Positions 38,601 through 50,812 of a stretch of 64,000 nucleotides of DNA are shown here, piece by piece (position 1 is the stretch's first letter; the number at the start of each line of letters is the position of its first letter). This stretch comes from Convolutriloba macropyga (lineage: Eukaryota). The stretch spans positions 19,034,001 to 19,098,000 of the forward strand of contig NC_134474.1 of assembly GCF_964194025.1 (NCBI RefSeq), given 5' to 3'. The notes beneath the pieces were generated by a model, which saw only the letters and a program-made list of their open reading frames with translations, was not told where the DNA came from and made no database searches. The translations under genes and the position numbers were made by a program.

Positions 38601-41600
38601 AGAATAAATCTTTGTATTGGATTATTAGTTATCTTTTATATGTCTTGAAAGCTGAACAATGAAATGTATTCGTTTTTCTTGAATTTTTTATTGGTTTAAA
38701 AATCTAGAATGTGTTTTTGTTACGGTGTTCTTTACATTGTGCCCATATTCTTCACATTCAAGTTATTATCTTTCTAACTTTGTCATGGCACCTACATTTA
38801 TTTTCGGTATATTGATTTTTTCAGTTGTTAAAAATGTATGATTTTGGTCAGAAAATGCTTTTTAGATTTTCGTCATTTCTTTGGTTTGCATTTGATTGCA
38901 TTCAACATAAGGCAGTACTGAGAGTTTGATAGCAAGCCTTTTCCGCAATTTCCACATAAGACTATTTACTGCAACTTTGTTCCGGCCTTGGTATTAAATC
39001 AAAAGATTTTTTTGCCTTTGAATATTCTTCTGCTGCTTATGTCTTTTCTATGATCAATTTAATTTTTGAATTAGAATGAAATCATGTTGTTTAGCATTTG
39101 TACAACAAGGAACAAGTGTGTGTTGTTTTTTGTCTTAATCGCAGTGATTAGAAGTGTAATTATAGTTGTTTTCTGATTCTTAAATTTGAGCTTTCTTTTT
39201 TGAAAAGATTTTACTTTTCTGCCGTTTGCTTTCGCGATCTTTTTCAGATTAAAATCATGAATTATTTGAGGGCAGTTGATAGCCTTGTCAGCTTTTTCAG
39301 TCTATCACTTTCTTGACCACTTTAATTATTTCGGTTTTTTAACGTTACCAAACGTTTTCAATGATATAAAATTTTGCTGCATTTTGTTTCTCTTGGTGAC
39401 AGTGGTATAAGTTTCACCAATTTTTAGAGCAGACCTGGAGAGGTAGTGAGTTAATGGTTTAATACAAAGAGTTGTGGCTTCCGCTGCAATTACAGTTTTG
39501 TTAGTGGAATTTTGATGCTTCGAGTCGCTTCCGGAATTCTTCCGGCTATGTTTTTTGTTTCGTCGTCTGACGCTCTTTTTTCGTTTTACATTTGTTCACA
39601 CAGCAAAGCTGAAAAAGTCAAATTTTCTGAATGACTTCTTCCTCTCACTAACGGCATTTGCGCGCGTGACGTTATTTCTCACTCGCATTTGTTGCTATTT
39701 TTGTTTCCCAAAGGTTTTCCTTAATTTTGTCATATGTTTTCTATTTTTGGATAGTGCGATAGATGTCCGAGAGTTCAAGTTTTAGTTGCTTCTTTCAACG
39801 ACTTTGATGCCACTTGTTTTCACAGACTTCTTAAAAACTCACAAATATTTGTTGTTGTCCTTTTATGTCTCTCAGTGGTTTCCTACAAAGTTGGCATTTG
39901 CCGCTTTAACTCCCATTGTGCAATAACCTTTCGAATTTGTTGTTGTTGGACATGAAAACTTCCATAACACTTCCATAAGAACTCCCACAAAAATGTTTTT
40001 GCTTTTAATTTCCTGTCCTTGTTCTGTTTCTTTCGTGGGCTTCTTTGTATAAGATTTGAACCGTCTTGGAACGGTTCTTTAAAGGAGTGTGATTGTATTG
40101 TCTTCATTTTGTACATTCCTTTGAATTGTGATTCATGTTTTTTATTCTTCGTCTTCGTTGTTTCGTTTCGAAAAAGTCTAAAAAATTTTGAATTACTTCA
40201 TCTCACGGCGCGTGCGCACGTGACATCGTTTCTCATTCTCTCTAGAGAAAAATTTAGGTCACTTGTGTGAAATAATTTAAGGTCAAAGGAACTCATATAT
40301 GTAATAAAGGTACTCTTTAAAAAGGCTTCTGCGGAGTGAATTTTATCAAGCGTTATTCATTTATCGCTGAATGTTTTTCACATAGCTCTTTGAGCGGCGT
40401 CGATAAATTTGGTAGCTATTCCGGCAATCTGACGGCTATGTTAGTAAATGATCTCACGAGGTGGAATCATTAGCATTCCAAAACTTTCCGATGAACCAAG
40501 TGGTCGAAAAATCTTAAAATCCTTTCTGTTTCTGAAAGCAAAATCCCACTTGTTACAAGATGCTGGCGAGATTTTGAATCTGCTGATACATATGAAATTA
40601 CATGTTGAGAACCTTTGTTTTTATCGCCGTAGTAATTATTGGTCCAACTTGTTTGTGAATGTTTTATCCGTAAAACAGCTTCCCAGTAAACTTGTCTTAC
40701 TGGTCTTGTTAGCTCAAATTGAAGTTCTTTATCGAACTAAAAAGCGGCGAGCAGATGTTCAAATTGAATATAGTATTACAGAATTAATGGTTTATATTGT
40801 TGTTATGTCGCTCATTCATTTTTGAGAAGTCTCATTTGCTTTCTAATTAGGAATTAATGAGTCCACTTACTGGTTTCAGATCACGGCTAATATTGACTTT
40901 GACTTTTTCGGCATCCAAGATGGTTTCATCCCTTGTGGTCCGTTCAGACAGACGTTATCACATGCTTTTTTGCGCTTGTAGCCTTAAACTTTTGAGTAAA
41001 TCCAATTAGTTATTCTTTGCATGAAATTTTTTTAGCCAAAAGATCAGCTACTTCCAACTTAAATTCTTTGCCAAAATTTGTTTTCGAGAGTTGCTGTAGT
41101 TTTTGTCGCTGCCTACATTTGTTGCTATTTTTGTTTCCCAAATGTTTTCCTTAATTTTGTCATATGTTATCTATTTTTGGATAGTGCGATAGATGTCCGA
41201 GAGTTTTAGCCGTTTTTTGGACTAAATGGCCCAATTTTTTTGCTTTTAATTTGGTTTCATATAGAAATAAAGTTTATTCGATACTATATTGAAATGTCAA
41301 CCTCTGAAATTGATACCACAGTGTTTTGCAGAGCCTGAGAATGCGTTTCAAATTTAAAATTGGCACATATTTCTTGATTTTATAGTTGATTAGTTAATTC
41401 TTGGCTTTTTTTCTATTAATTTCTTCGTTTTTGGATCTTTTAACCGTCTTTTTTTATCAAAAATCAGTTAATATGGCAACTTCTCTTTGATAATTCATAT
41501 ACTCATCGCCTCTTTCTACCTCGATGTAATTTTGTTTTATAAAATTTACATATGCTAATCCGATTTTGGTAGTTTTTTCCGATTTTCGTCAGTTTTTTGT

Positions 41601-44600
41601 TTGTTTTTTTTTTGGTTGTAATTGCTAGAAATAGTCTTTTTGTGCAACATGAGGGACTTTAATTTCCTTTCAATAAAAATTCAATCATTTTTTTTGGCGT
41701 TAGGTTTTTGAAAAACATTTAAAACTTTCATAAATGCTGGCTTAAAAGTGTTTTGACCATTTTTTTTGCAAAATGTTTCAATTTTTCGTATTTTTGAGTT
41801 CTTCTTTTTCCTATTTTTTGTTCTCTTCAGGAGAATAAATCTTTGTATTGGATTATTAGTTATCTTTTATATGTCTTGAAAGCTGAACAATGAAATGTAT
41901 TCGTTTTTCTTGAATTTTTTATTGGTTTAAAAATCTAGAATGTGTTTTTGTTACGGTGTTCTTTACATTGTGCCCATATTCTTCACATTCAAGTTATTAT
42001 CTTTCTAACTTTGTCATGGCACCTACATTTATTTTCGGTATATTGATTTTTTCAGTTGTTAAAAATGTATGATTTTGGTCAGAAAATGCTTTTTAGATTT
42101 TCGTCATTTCTTTGGTTTGCATTTGATTGCATTCAACATAAGGCAGTACTGAGAGTTTGATAGCAAGCCTTTTCCGCAATTTCCACATAAGACTATTTAC
42201 TGCAACTTTGTTCCGGCCTTGGTATTAAATCAAAAGATTTTTTTGCCTTTGAATATTCTTCTGCTGCTTATGTCTTTTCTATGATCAATTTAATTTTTGA
42301 ATTAGAATGAAATCATGTTGTTTAGCATTTGTACAACAAGGAACAAGTGTGTGTTGTTTTTTGTCTTAATCGCAGTGATTAGAAGTGTAATTATAGTTGT
42401 TTTCTGATTCTTAAATTTGAGCTTTCTTTTTTGAAAAGATTTTACTTTTCTGCCGTTTGCTTTCGCGATCTTTTTCAGATTAAAATCATGAATTATTTGA
42501 GGGCAGTTGATAGCCTTGTCAGCTTTTTCAGTCTATCACTTTCTTGACCACTTTAATTATTTCGGTTTTTTAACGTTACCAAACGTTTTCAATGATATAA
42601 AATTTTGCTGCATTTTGTTTCTCTTGGTGACAGTGGTATAAGTTTCACCAATTTTTAGAGCAGACCTGGAGAGGTAGTGAGTTAATGGTTTAATACAAAG
42701 AGTTGTGGCTTCCGCTGCAATTACAGTTTTGTTAGTGGAATTTTGATGCTTCGAGTCGCTTCCGGAATTCTTCCGGCTATGTTTTTTGTTTCGTCGTCTG
42801 ACGCTCTTTTTTCGTTTTACATTTGTTCACACAGCAAAGCTGAAAAAGTCAAATTTTCTGAATGACTTCTTCCTCTCACTAACGGCATTTGCGCGCGTGA
42901 CGTTATTTCTCACTCGCTTTAGCGAAAGTTTCTAGGTTATTTGCGTGATTACATTTTGATCATACGTGACTTACCGCACTCACTAAAATGATTTTAGCAC
43001 TTTAAAGCTTAAGTTTAATTTGAATTTGTTTAAGGTCAAAGGAAATCATATGTGCAGTAAAGGTCCCTAATAAGAGGCTTCTGTGGGATGAATTTTAACA
43101 GGCTTTATTAATTTATCGCTGAATGTTTTTTAGCCTAGTTTTTTGAGCGGCGTCATTTTTTTTCAATTTAGATCTGTATCTGTTTCTATCTATTATATGG
43201 CACGCATGTCTATTCTTTCGCAGCTATTTCGGCAATCTACCGGCTATGTTAAAACTATTGTTGATTTTTTGAGATTTTCGCCTTTTCGAATTGTCTATAT
43301 TGTCGTTATGTCGCTCATTCATTTTTGAGAAGTCTCATTTGCTTTCTAATTAGGAATTAATGAGTCCACTTACTGGTTTCAGATCACTGCTAATATTGAC
43401 TTTGACTTTTTCGGCATCTAAGATAGTTTCATCCCTTGTGGTCCGTTCAGACAGACGTTATCACATGCTTTTTTGCGCATGTAGCCTTAAACTTTTGATT
43501 AAATCCAATTAGTTATTCTTTGCATGAAATTTTTTTAGCCAAAAGATCAGCTACTTCCAACTTAAATTCTTTGCCAACATTTGTTTTCGAGAGTTGCTGT
43601 AATTTTAGTCGCTGCCTACATTTGTTGCTATTTTTGTTTCCCAAAGGTTTTCCTTAATTTTGTCATATGTTTTCTATTTTTGCATAGTGCGATAGATGTC
43701 CGAGAGTTAAAGTTTTAGTTGCTTCTTTCAACGACTTTGATGCCACTTGTTTTCACAGACTTATTAAAAACTCACAAATATTTGTTGTTGTCCTTTTATG
43801 TCTCTCAGTGGTTTCCTACAAAGTTGGCATTTGCCGCTTTAACTCTCATTGTGCAATAACCTTTCGAATTTGTTGTTGTTGGACATGAAAACTTCCATAA
43901 CACTTCCATAAAAACTCCCACAAAAATGTTTTGCTTTTAATTTCCTGTCCTTGTTCTGTTTCTTTCGTGGGCTTCTTTGTATAAGATTTGAACCGTCTTG
44001 GAACGGTTCTTTAAAGGAGTGTGATTGTATTGTCTTCATTTTGTACATTCCTTTGAATTGTGATTCATGTTTTTTTATTCTTCGTCTTCGTTGTTTCGTT
44101 TCGAAAAAGTCTAAAAAATTTTGAATTACTTCATCTCACGGCGCGTGCGCACGTGACATCGTTTCTCATTCTCTCTAGAGAAAAATTTAGGTCACTTGTG
44201 TGAAATAATTTAAGGTCAAAGGAACTCATATATGTAATAAAGGTACTCTTTAAAAAGGCTTCTGCGGAGTGAATTTTATCAAGCGTTATTCATTTATCGC
44301 GGAATGTTTTTCACATAGCTTTTTGAGCGGCGTCGATAAATTTGGTAGCTATTCCGGCAATTTGACGGCTATGTTAGTAAATGATCTCACGAGGTGGAAT
44401 CATTAGCATTCCAAAACTTTCCGATGAACCAAGTGGTCGAAAAATCTTAAAATCCTTTCTGTTTCTGAAAGCAAAATCCCACTTGTTACAAGATGCTGAC
44501 GAGATTTTGAATCTGCTGATACATATGAAATTACATGTTGAGAACCTTTGTTTTTATCGCCGTAGTAATTATTGGTCCAACTTGTTTGTGAATGTTTTAT

Positions 44601-47600
44601 CCGTAGAACAGCTTCCCAGTAAACTTGTCTTACTGGTCTTGTTAGCTCAAATTGAAGTTCTTTATCGAACTAAAAAGCGGCGAGGAGATATTGAAATTGA
44701 ATATAGTATTACAGAATTAATGGTTTATATTGTTGTTATGTCGCTCATTCATTTTTGAGAAGTCTCATTTGCTTTCTAATTAGGAATTAATGAGTCCACT
44801 TACTGGTTTCAGATCACTGCTAATATTGACTTTGACTTTTTCGGCATCTAAGATAGTTTCATCCCTTGTGGTCCGTTCAGACAGACGTTATCACATGCTG
44901 TTTTGCGCATGTAGCCTTAAACTTTTGATTAAATCCAATTAGTTATTCTTTGCATGAAATTTTTTTAGCCAAAAGATCAGCTACTTCCAACTTAAATTCT
45001 TTGCCAACATTTGTTTTCGAGAGTTGCTGTAATTTTAGTCGTTTTTCGAGAGTTGCTGTAATTTTAGTCGCTGCCTACATTTGTTGCTATTTTTGTTTCC
45101 CAAAGGTTTTCCTGAATTTTGTCATATGTTTTCTATTTTTGGATAGTGCGATAGATGTCCGAGAGTTCAAGTTTTAGTTGCTTCTTTCAACGACTTTGAT
45201 GCCACTTGTTTTCACAGACTTCTTAAAAACTCACAAATATTTGTTGTTGTCCTTTTATGTCTCTCAGTGGTTTCCTACAAAGTTGGCATTTGCCGCTTTA
45301 ACTCCCATTGTGCAATAACCTTTCGAATTTGTTGTTGTTGGACATGAAAACTTCCATAACACTTCCATAAGAACTCCCACAAAAATGTTTTTGCTTTTAA
45401 TTTCCTGTCCTTGTTCTGTTTCTTTCGTGGGCTTCTTTGTATAAGATTTGAACCGTCTTGGAACGGTTCTTTAAAGGAGTGTGATTGTATTGTCTTCATT
45501 TTGTACATTCCTTTGAATTGTGATTCATGTTTTTTATTCTTCGTCTTCGTTGTTTCGTTTCGAAAAAGTCTAAAAAATTTTGAATTACTTCATCTCACGG
45601 CGCGTGCGCACGTGACATCGTTTCTCATTCTCTCTAGAGAAAAATTTAGGTCACTTGTGTGAAATAATTTAAGGTCAAAGGAACTCATATATGTAATAAA
45701 GGTACTCTTTAAAAAGGCTTCTGCGGAGTGAATTTTATCAAGCGTTATTCATTTATCGCTGAATGTTTTTCACATAGCTCTTTGAGCGGCGTCGATAAAT
45801 TTGGCAGCTATTCCGGCAATCTGACGGCTATGTTAGTAAATGATCTCACGAGGTGGAATCATTAGCATTCCAAAACTTTCCGATGAACCAAGTGGTCGAA
45901 AAATCTTAAAATCCTTTCTGTTTCTGAAAGCAAAATCCCACTTGTTACAAGATGCTGGCGAGATTTTGAATCTGCTGATACATATGAAATTACATGTTGA
46001 GAACCTTTGTTTTTATCGCCGTAGTAATTATTGGTCCAACTTGTTTGTGAATGTTTTATCCGTAAAACAGCTTTCCAGTAAACTTGTCTTACTGGTCTTG
46101 TTAGCTCAAATTGAAGTTCTTTATCGAACTAAAAAGCGGCGAGCAGATATTGAAATTGAATGTAGTATTACAGAATTAATTATGTTTAATAGCCGCCGCC
46201 ATCCTCTCAGTCGACTCTTATTGCGCTCTTATTGTAACGACTTGGAGAGGAGTTAGGTAGAACGTGTTTTTTGATAGATTATAATAAGATAGATTGTTGG
46301 TGTGAATTTGAAACAGGAAATGCCACGCTTCAAAAGAACTTGTTTAGGTCACGCTGCATAAAAAATTGAATAAAACTGGCGAGCAGAGAGTCACTGTGTA
46401 AGGATTTTGTTTATGCAACATTTCTGCGGGAAATGTTTGCGGGCTGAATTTTGTTCACGTGGTTTTTGTCCAGTTTAACTTAGTTTACTCAATTCGTTCC
46501 ACTTGGATAGATATATCGTAGATTTACACGGGGTTTTGTAGGTATTCTGTCTATTTTTGGTAGTAAGTGGGCGTTTTGTAGTATATCATTAAGTTTTTAA
46601 GAGCGTTTTCCTTTTCTGCTAGGCGGTGGATTGTTAGTACTGCGCACATTAAACAACCGCTGTTTTCTCACCATTGTGAGAAAATTAAAGATTTCTTGTA
46701 ACCTATTTTTTTAAATTTTTTAGTTATTGGTCTCAATATTCTGCAAAATTTTACAAAATCATCTCAGGATTTTTACCACTTTTCTCAATCTGCTTAAAAA
46801 AGTTTGCCGTGTTTTGGCTGCTTCGTTTCGATTTGGAACTCTTTTAGTTCGTGTCGTCAATCAGTCTTATCAGCTGCATTCTTCATGTTGTTTCCGGAAT
46901 CTTTCACCTACGTTTTTCTTTGCTCAACAAAATGTTTGGCTCTACCCAATTTTCCCTCCTTCGGTGTTTTGCGTAAAATTTCGCTGTTTTTTCTTTGGGA
47001 TATTTTTATGCTACGCTCATTCTGCTCGAAGTGGTTTTTAAGAAGCACTTTCTCAGCAAAGCATCTTCTATGGAGAGAGCTAAAATCGAAAAACAATATC
47101 AAAAATAGAAACAGAATAAACACATAAAGACCACGTATTTAAAAGCCACGTATTTGAACTTTGTTATTATTAGTCATTGTTACAAGGTCGAGTGTTCATT
47201 CGTTTTGATACTAATCCATGTGTTATCTGGTTGAAAAACAGGATTGATCCTAACCGCGTTATCCATTTGAAATAACTAGCACTGTGTCGTCATTTTCTTG
47301 AAACTTTTTTTGTTATTGTTTCAATCCCAATCGGGTTCATGGGAATCAATGGCGGCTATTTTGTGGCAATCTGCCTGGTATATTTTATGGTTTTGATTGA
47401 AGAATAGTAAATGTACCTCCTTATCTTAGATTTAAAAATTGTTCAGTGATTTTCAGTATTTACGTTTTTTTTTGTTTCTCAAGTGCAATGTCAACTCCAA
47501 ATATTCGGGATCTCAAAAGACTCTAGTCAAGGAAGTCAATCAACATGCGCTTCCCCAACACAGACCGTTCAACATATGCGTCGCACTAACTAAAGGTAGC

Positions 47601-48440
47601 TTTGGCTCCTTTAGCTACAGTCGGTTCTGCCAAGTGTTCGAGGAGTCATCGCAAGTTGTTCACACAGATGGCGAAGTTTCGAAGAGTTAGTGCATATCTA
47701 GAGCTGTGTTCTAATTATGATGAGCCGTACTCTCCAGGTTATTTTCCACAAGAAAACTTAGTAGTAATGTTGATGAACGAAAAGTTTTTAATGCTATTTG
47801 CATGCTTTTATTTCTTTAAAAATTGTGGCATTTGCTATTTTGAATTTTCAGAAATCTCTAAATTGATTGTTAGCACCTCCCAGTTGTTAGCTTTTTCTGG
47901 AATTAAAATTTTCAGAAAGAGGGTTTCGACCTATCAGGGACTGTGCAGTATCACGATCGTGACTGATATCTGGCTTAATCGGCTCTGCGTGCAAGCTAAC
48001 GATTATTTTTCCAGCGCGTTTTTGAATCCTTGACTAATATCCGGGAAATGTTTTTTTTGCAGGTCATTAATAGTTTTTTTTTTGTTTAAGAGATCAAGAT
48101 GGTGATGGCTGCGCTCGTGATAGTCTGTATTCTGTTGATTGGAACCCTGGCTCATTTGTCATTGAAAAGGTTAAAGCACTGGCGGAAAAAGCGAGAACGC
48201 TCGCGAAATACACCGGAAGAGGAGAGTGATTATGAAAACCCCAACTACTCCCTTGGTGGTAATCCATGCCAATATTCATCTCGTGTAAGGAAAGCTGATA
48301 TTTTTTTTCAATTTCTTAAATATGGTGGCAAATAATAGCTACAATAACTATAACAAGTTTGAAGTTGTCAGAAGTCAGCAGTGCCAGAATTTACAATACC
48401 AGAGGTTTCTTTAAATAATGCCCAGAAAACAAAATCCTAA
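26004..48440 (+). CDS. Probable host single-pass receptor gene, partial: exons 26004-26251, 26953-27134, 47484-47685, 48091-48284, then either 48372-48440 or the exons at 53.6-56.6 kb
   Basis: AG/GT-bounded open exons with compatible phases (1, 0, 1). They give a Cys-containing, beta-rich ectodomain (FN3-like spacing LPQHRPFNICVAL...S..C), TM MVMAALVIVCILLIGTLAHLSL, a basic stop-transfer KRLKHWRKKR and cytoplasmic DYENP. The 5' exons were not identified. Confidence 0.55.
26697..26722. repeat. (GA)n microsatellite
   Basis: Direct run of GA dinucleotides. Confidence 0.9.
27190..28944 (+). mobile_element. HINE (ATAGCTGCG...GCGGCTAT + hairpin) containing a nested HINE at 27333-28121
   Basis: Outer ends at 27192 and 28909, then TGGCAATTTGCCGG. 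Inner AAGACTCGAAG (27338) pairs with CTTCGAGTCGTT (28086), then CCGGAATTCTTCTGG CTATGTTT. Confidence 0.55.
31690..32319. repeat. Degenerate ~150-175-bp satellite running into an assembly gap
   Basis: TCTAG(G/A)GTTTT..A.TA.GTTA.TGCATAGTTT...TCACGAA recurs at about 31698, 31872, 32043 and 32196. Confidence 0.55.
32320..32562. other. Assembly gap (243 N)
   Basis: Run of N. Confidence 1.
32591..32624. repeat. (CT)n microsatellite
   Basis: Direct run of CT dinucleotides. Confidence 0.9.
32755..33189 (+). mobile_element. HINE, family GAGAGCAATT (C-rich internal variant)
   Basis: AATCGCTCTCAA (32757) pairs with TTGAGAGCAATT (33152), then CCGAC-GTTA-GTCGG and TTATGTTTT. Relatives at 51934-52302 and 58211-58579; partial copies at about 21230-21570 and 31239-31590. 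Confidence 0.7.
33715..36058 (+). mobile_element. HINE (ATAGCTGCGAA / TTCGCAGCTAT) containing a nested HINE at 33766-35592
   Basis: Perfect 11-bp inverted pair at 33717 and 36025, then CGGCA-ATC-TGCCG. Inner CGACTCGAAG (33773) pairs with CTTCGAGTCG (35557), then CCGGAA-TTC-TTCCGG CTATGTTT. Confidence 0.65.
33992..46180. repeat. Scrambled near-identical segmental array A-B-C-D-C-A-c-D-C-A-B-C-D-C-D
   Basis: A (~1.7 kb) at 33992, 37975, 41205. B (~0.37 kb) at 35726, 42917. C (~0.42 kb) at 36100, 37560, 40790, 43292, 44722, with a partial copy at 39686. D (~1.0 kb) at 36540, 39775, 43708, 45167. Repeated near-identical ORF-track entries confirm the D copies. Boundaries are approximate. Confidence 0.85.
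46185..47386 (+). mobile_element. HINE, family GGCGGCTATT (~1.2 kb)
   Basis: AATAGCCGCC (46188) pairs with GGCGGCTATT (47351), then GGCA-ATC-TGCC. Both terminal ~45 nt resemble those of 17984-18499. Confidence 0.65.
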
Positions 48441-49099
48441 CAAAACGTCGCACACGTAAAAATGAAACTTTTGAAACAACTGAAACCTTTACACTCAATC
48501 TTTGATATTGGCTCCTACAACATCAAATGAATTCCATTATATGGCATTGCTGTCATCAACAGCCCATTTATGGGACCTATATGTTGTAACAGCTATATGT
48601 TGTAATACTAATCAGAGTTTTTACTCTCGTACTTCTCAGACTTTTTAATCTCAAACTTTTTTACTTTAACTGTCGAAGTTTGGCAATTAAACGTAGAAGA
48701 ATTACAGATAACAGCTTTTTTCAGAAAAACAAGATGACTAACAATTGTGGAAGGTTTGCATTTACGAATGTTTTTTTTCCTCTGAGTTAACAAAGCGTTT
48801 GTCAATCACATTTGAAAAAAAAAAGCAAAAACGGGGAACACCCAGAGAATCACTGACCTATTTTAGTAACTTTTCACTTTCAGAAGTGTTTGAAAAATAG
48901 CTCCTCAGCCGAATCAATTCAAAATAGCTCCTTAGCCGAACGAAACCAGCTGCTGGCTACAAAATGTGGTTTTTGAACTCGTTGTTCCACATAGAATGCT
49001 TTAGTTAACAGACATCGTTTGTCGACAAATTGATAAAATGAATGTATCAACCGCAATTTTACATCTCAGATGCTTTTCTGTAAAACGTTAAAATTAACC

Positions 49100-49700
49100 G
49101 ATTTGGACCAAAAAGCCGTTCCAAGCATTCACACAAACTACAAAAGGTTAACATTGTCCATTGCACTGTAACATTGTCCATTATGCTGATGACACCCTGA
49201 TTTTTCCCGGAAACTCTCTAGTTCTTTTAAGAGTTTGCTTGAAATGCGGCTAAATATTTTGGCCAAAAACAGTGTCGTTCTGCACTCAAAGCAAAAGATA
49301 CTGCAATAATTTGCGAGAATTTTAAAACATCAATTAGCACAAGATGCAGCCATTAAGTTGGAAGATTATTTAAAATAATCTGAGAAAAGAACTTCAGTGT
49401 CTCCCTTGATCAGAGTTGCAGCTATCAAGGTACAGTGGAAAAAAACCTCTAGCGAAAAATGGCTGGCGGCATTGAAGCATTCCATTCTATAAAAAATTGT
49501 TTCTCAATTGATTCGAGAATAACTTTGATGAATTATTTAGTGCTTAGTCTTGTTAATTAGTGGCTTTTTGCGATGTACCATTAGACGTTCGTAATTTTTT
49601 TAAAAACAAGACTGGAAAAAAATAATTTAAATGGGCATTATTTTCAGGTTTAAACCGAAAGAAATTTGATTACTCATACGATTAGAAATTGAATTATTCG
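49100..49700 (+). pseudogene. Decayed LINE RT 3' fragment
   Basis: IVHYADDTL at 49173-49199. The rest is heavily degraded and the boundaries are approximate. Confidence 0.45.
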
Positions 49701-50812
49701 ACTAGAAGTTGAAAAAAAACATTTGTTCAGACTTTTTTAAGAGAAGAGTTCTGCTTTCCAAACATTGAAGATGCCTATTTTGCCGTACAACCTAAACCAA
49801 TCGGTTTAGCTGCGCGGTCATAGAATTATTTTTCTTGCAATATTATTTTCCATGTGAAAAAATAACGTTCTGTTATGATATAAGCTCTTACTTTTTGTAA
49901 TTTTTTGGGACATAAAAATTTAAAAATGGAGACCTATATCCTGGAGATTCTATAGATTCATTTAGAACTTTGTTCTATCAAATTTTTGGTCAGTTCTGTA
50001 GTAGTTTTCAACATAAACTCCCCTATTGCCAAGTTTCTTTAAATATAATGGAATAATGGTATTTTTTCCTCAAAAATGCGTGAAATTCTCTCTCCGTGGC
50101 TTCAACAAATAGAGAGTCCCGGAAAAGATAATTGAAGCATATCCGAATTTTAGAATTCCTGAATTCTTTGGATTCAGAAATTTGTAATATCAAAAATATC
50201 TCTATAAAATGGCCGAAGTAAACTTCCATGAACTTCCGGTATCATAAAAATTGCAACATGCCTGTTCCGGGCGAAGTTGTGTTAATGAGCAGAATTGCTC
50301 GTAAGTTCCAGTTGTTGATACGCGGTTCTTGATTTAAACTGAAGTTATCATTTATTTCAACAGAATCACCTAACTTATGCTAAGATAAATCAAAAGCAAT
50401 ATTGCAACCCCATTTTTACTTACAAATTTTTTCCTGTCATTTTGTTTCGGCTTCGCCCTTTCTTCTTTATTGTCATCTTTTCCCTCCTTCCGGGTTTTGT
50501 TGTTGTAGAAGAATCTTCCACACTTTCCGATCTGCTTTATACGTTGCAACTTTTTGAGCAAGAAGTTGTTTGTTTCCATCTCTTCAATAGCAACTTTTAT
50601 TTTTGCTGTTTTTCTGCTTTTTGTAACTATTGGTTTAAGAAACCATTTGTGTTTTCTTATATTAGAAGGGCAATTCATCAGAGGGCAATTAATGGATCAA
50701 TGTTACTTACACACTGTTTCTTTTAGAAAAATATCAGTGACTTTTGTTTTGCACGTTATTGTTTTTCTTTTTTGTACTGTTTCTTAGTCTCATAAATGAT
50801 TGGTCTCAATGG

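Noticed and set aside
37217-46256. Four-copy gene family (125-138-aa MISRGG..., plus the 77-aa and 83-aa ORFs)
   Set aside because: They recur only because segment D is duplicated. They have no recognisable motif, and their C-termini change with the junction.
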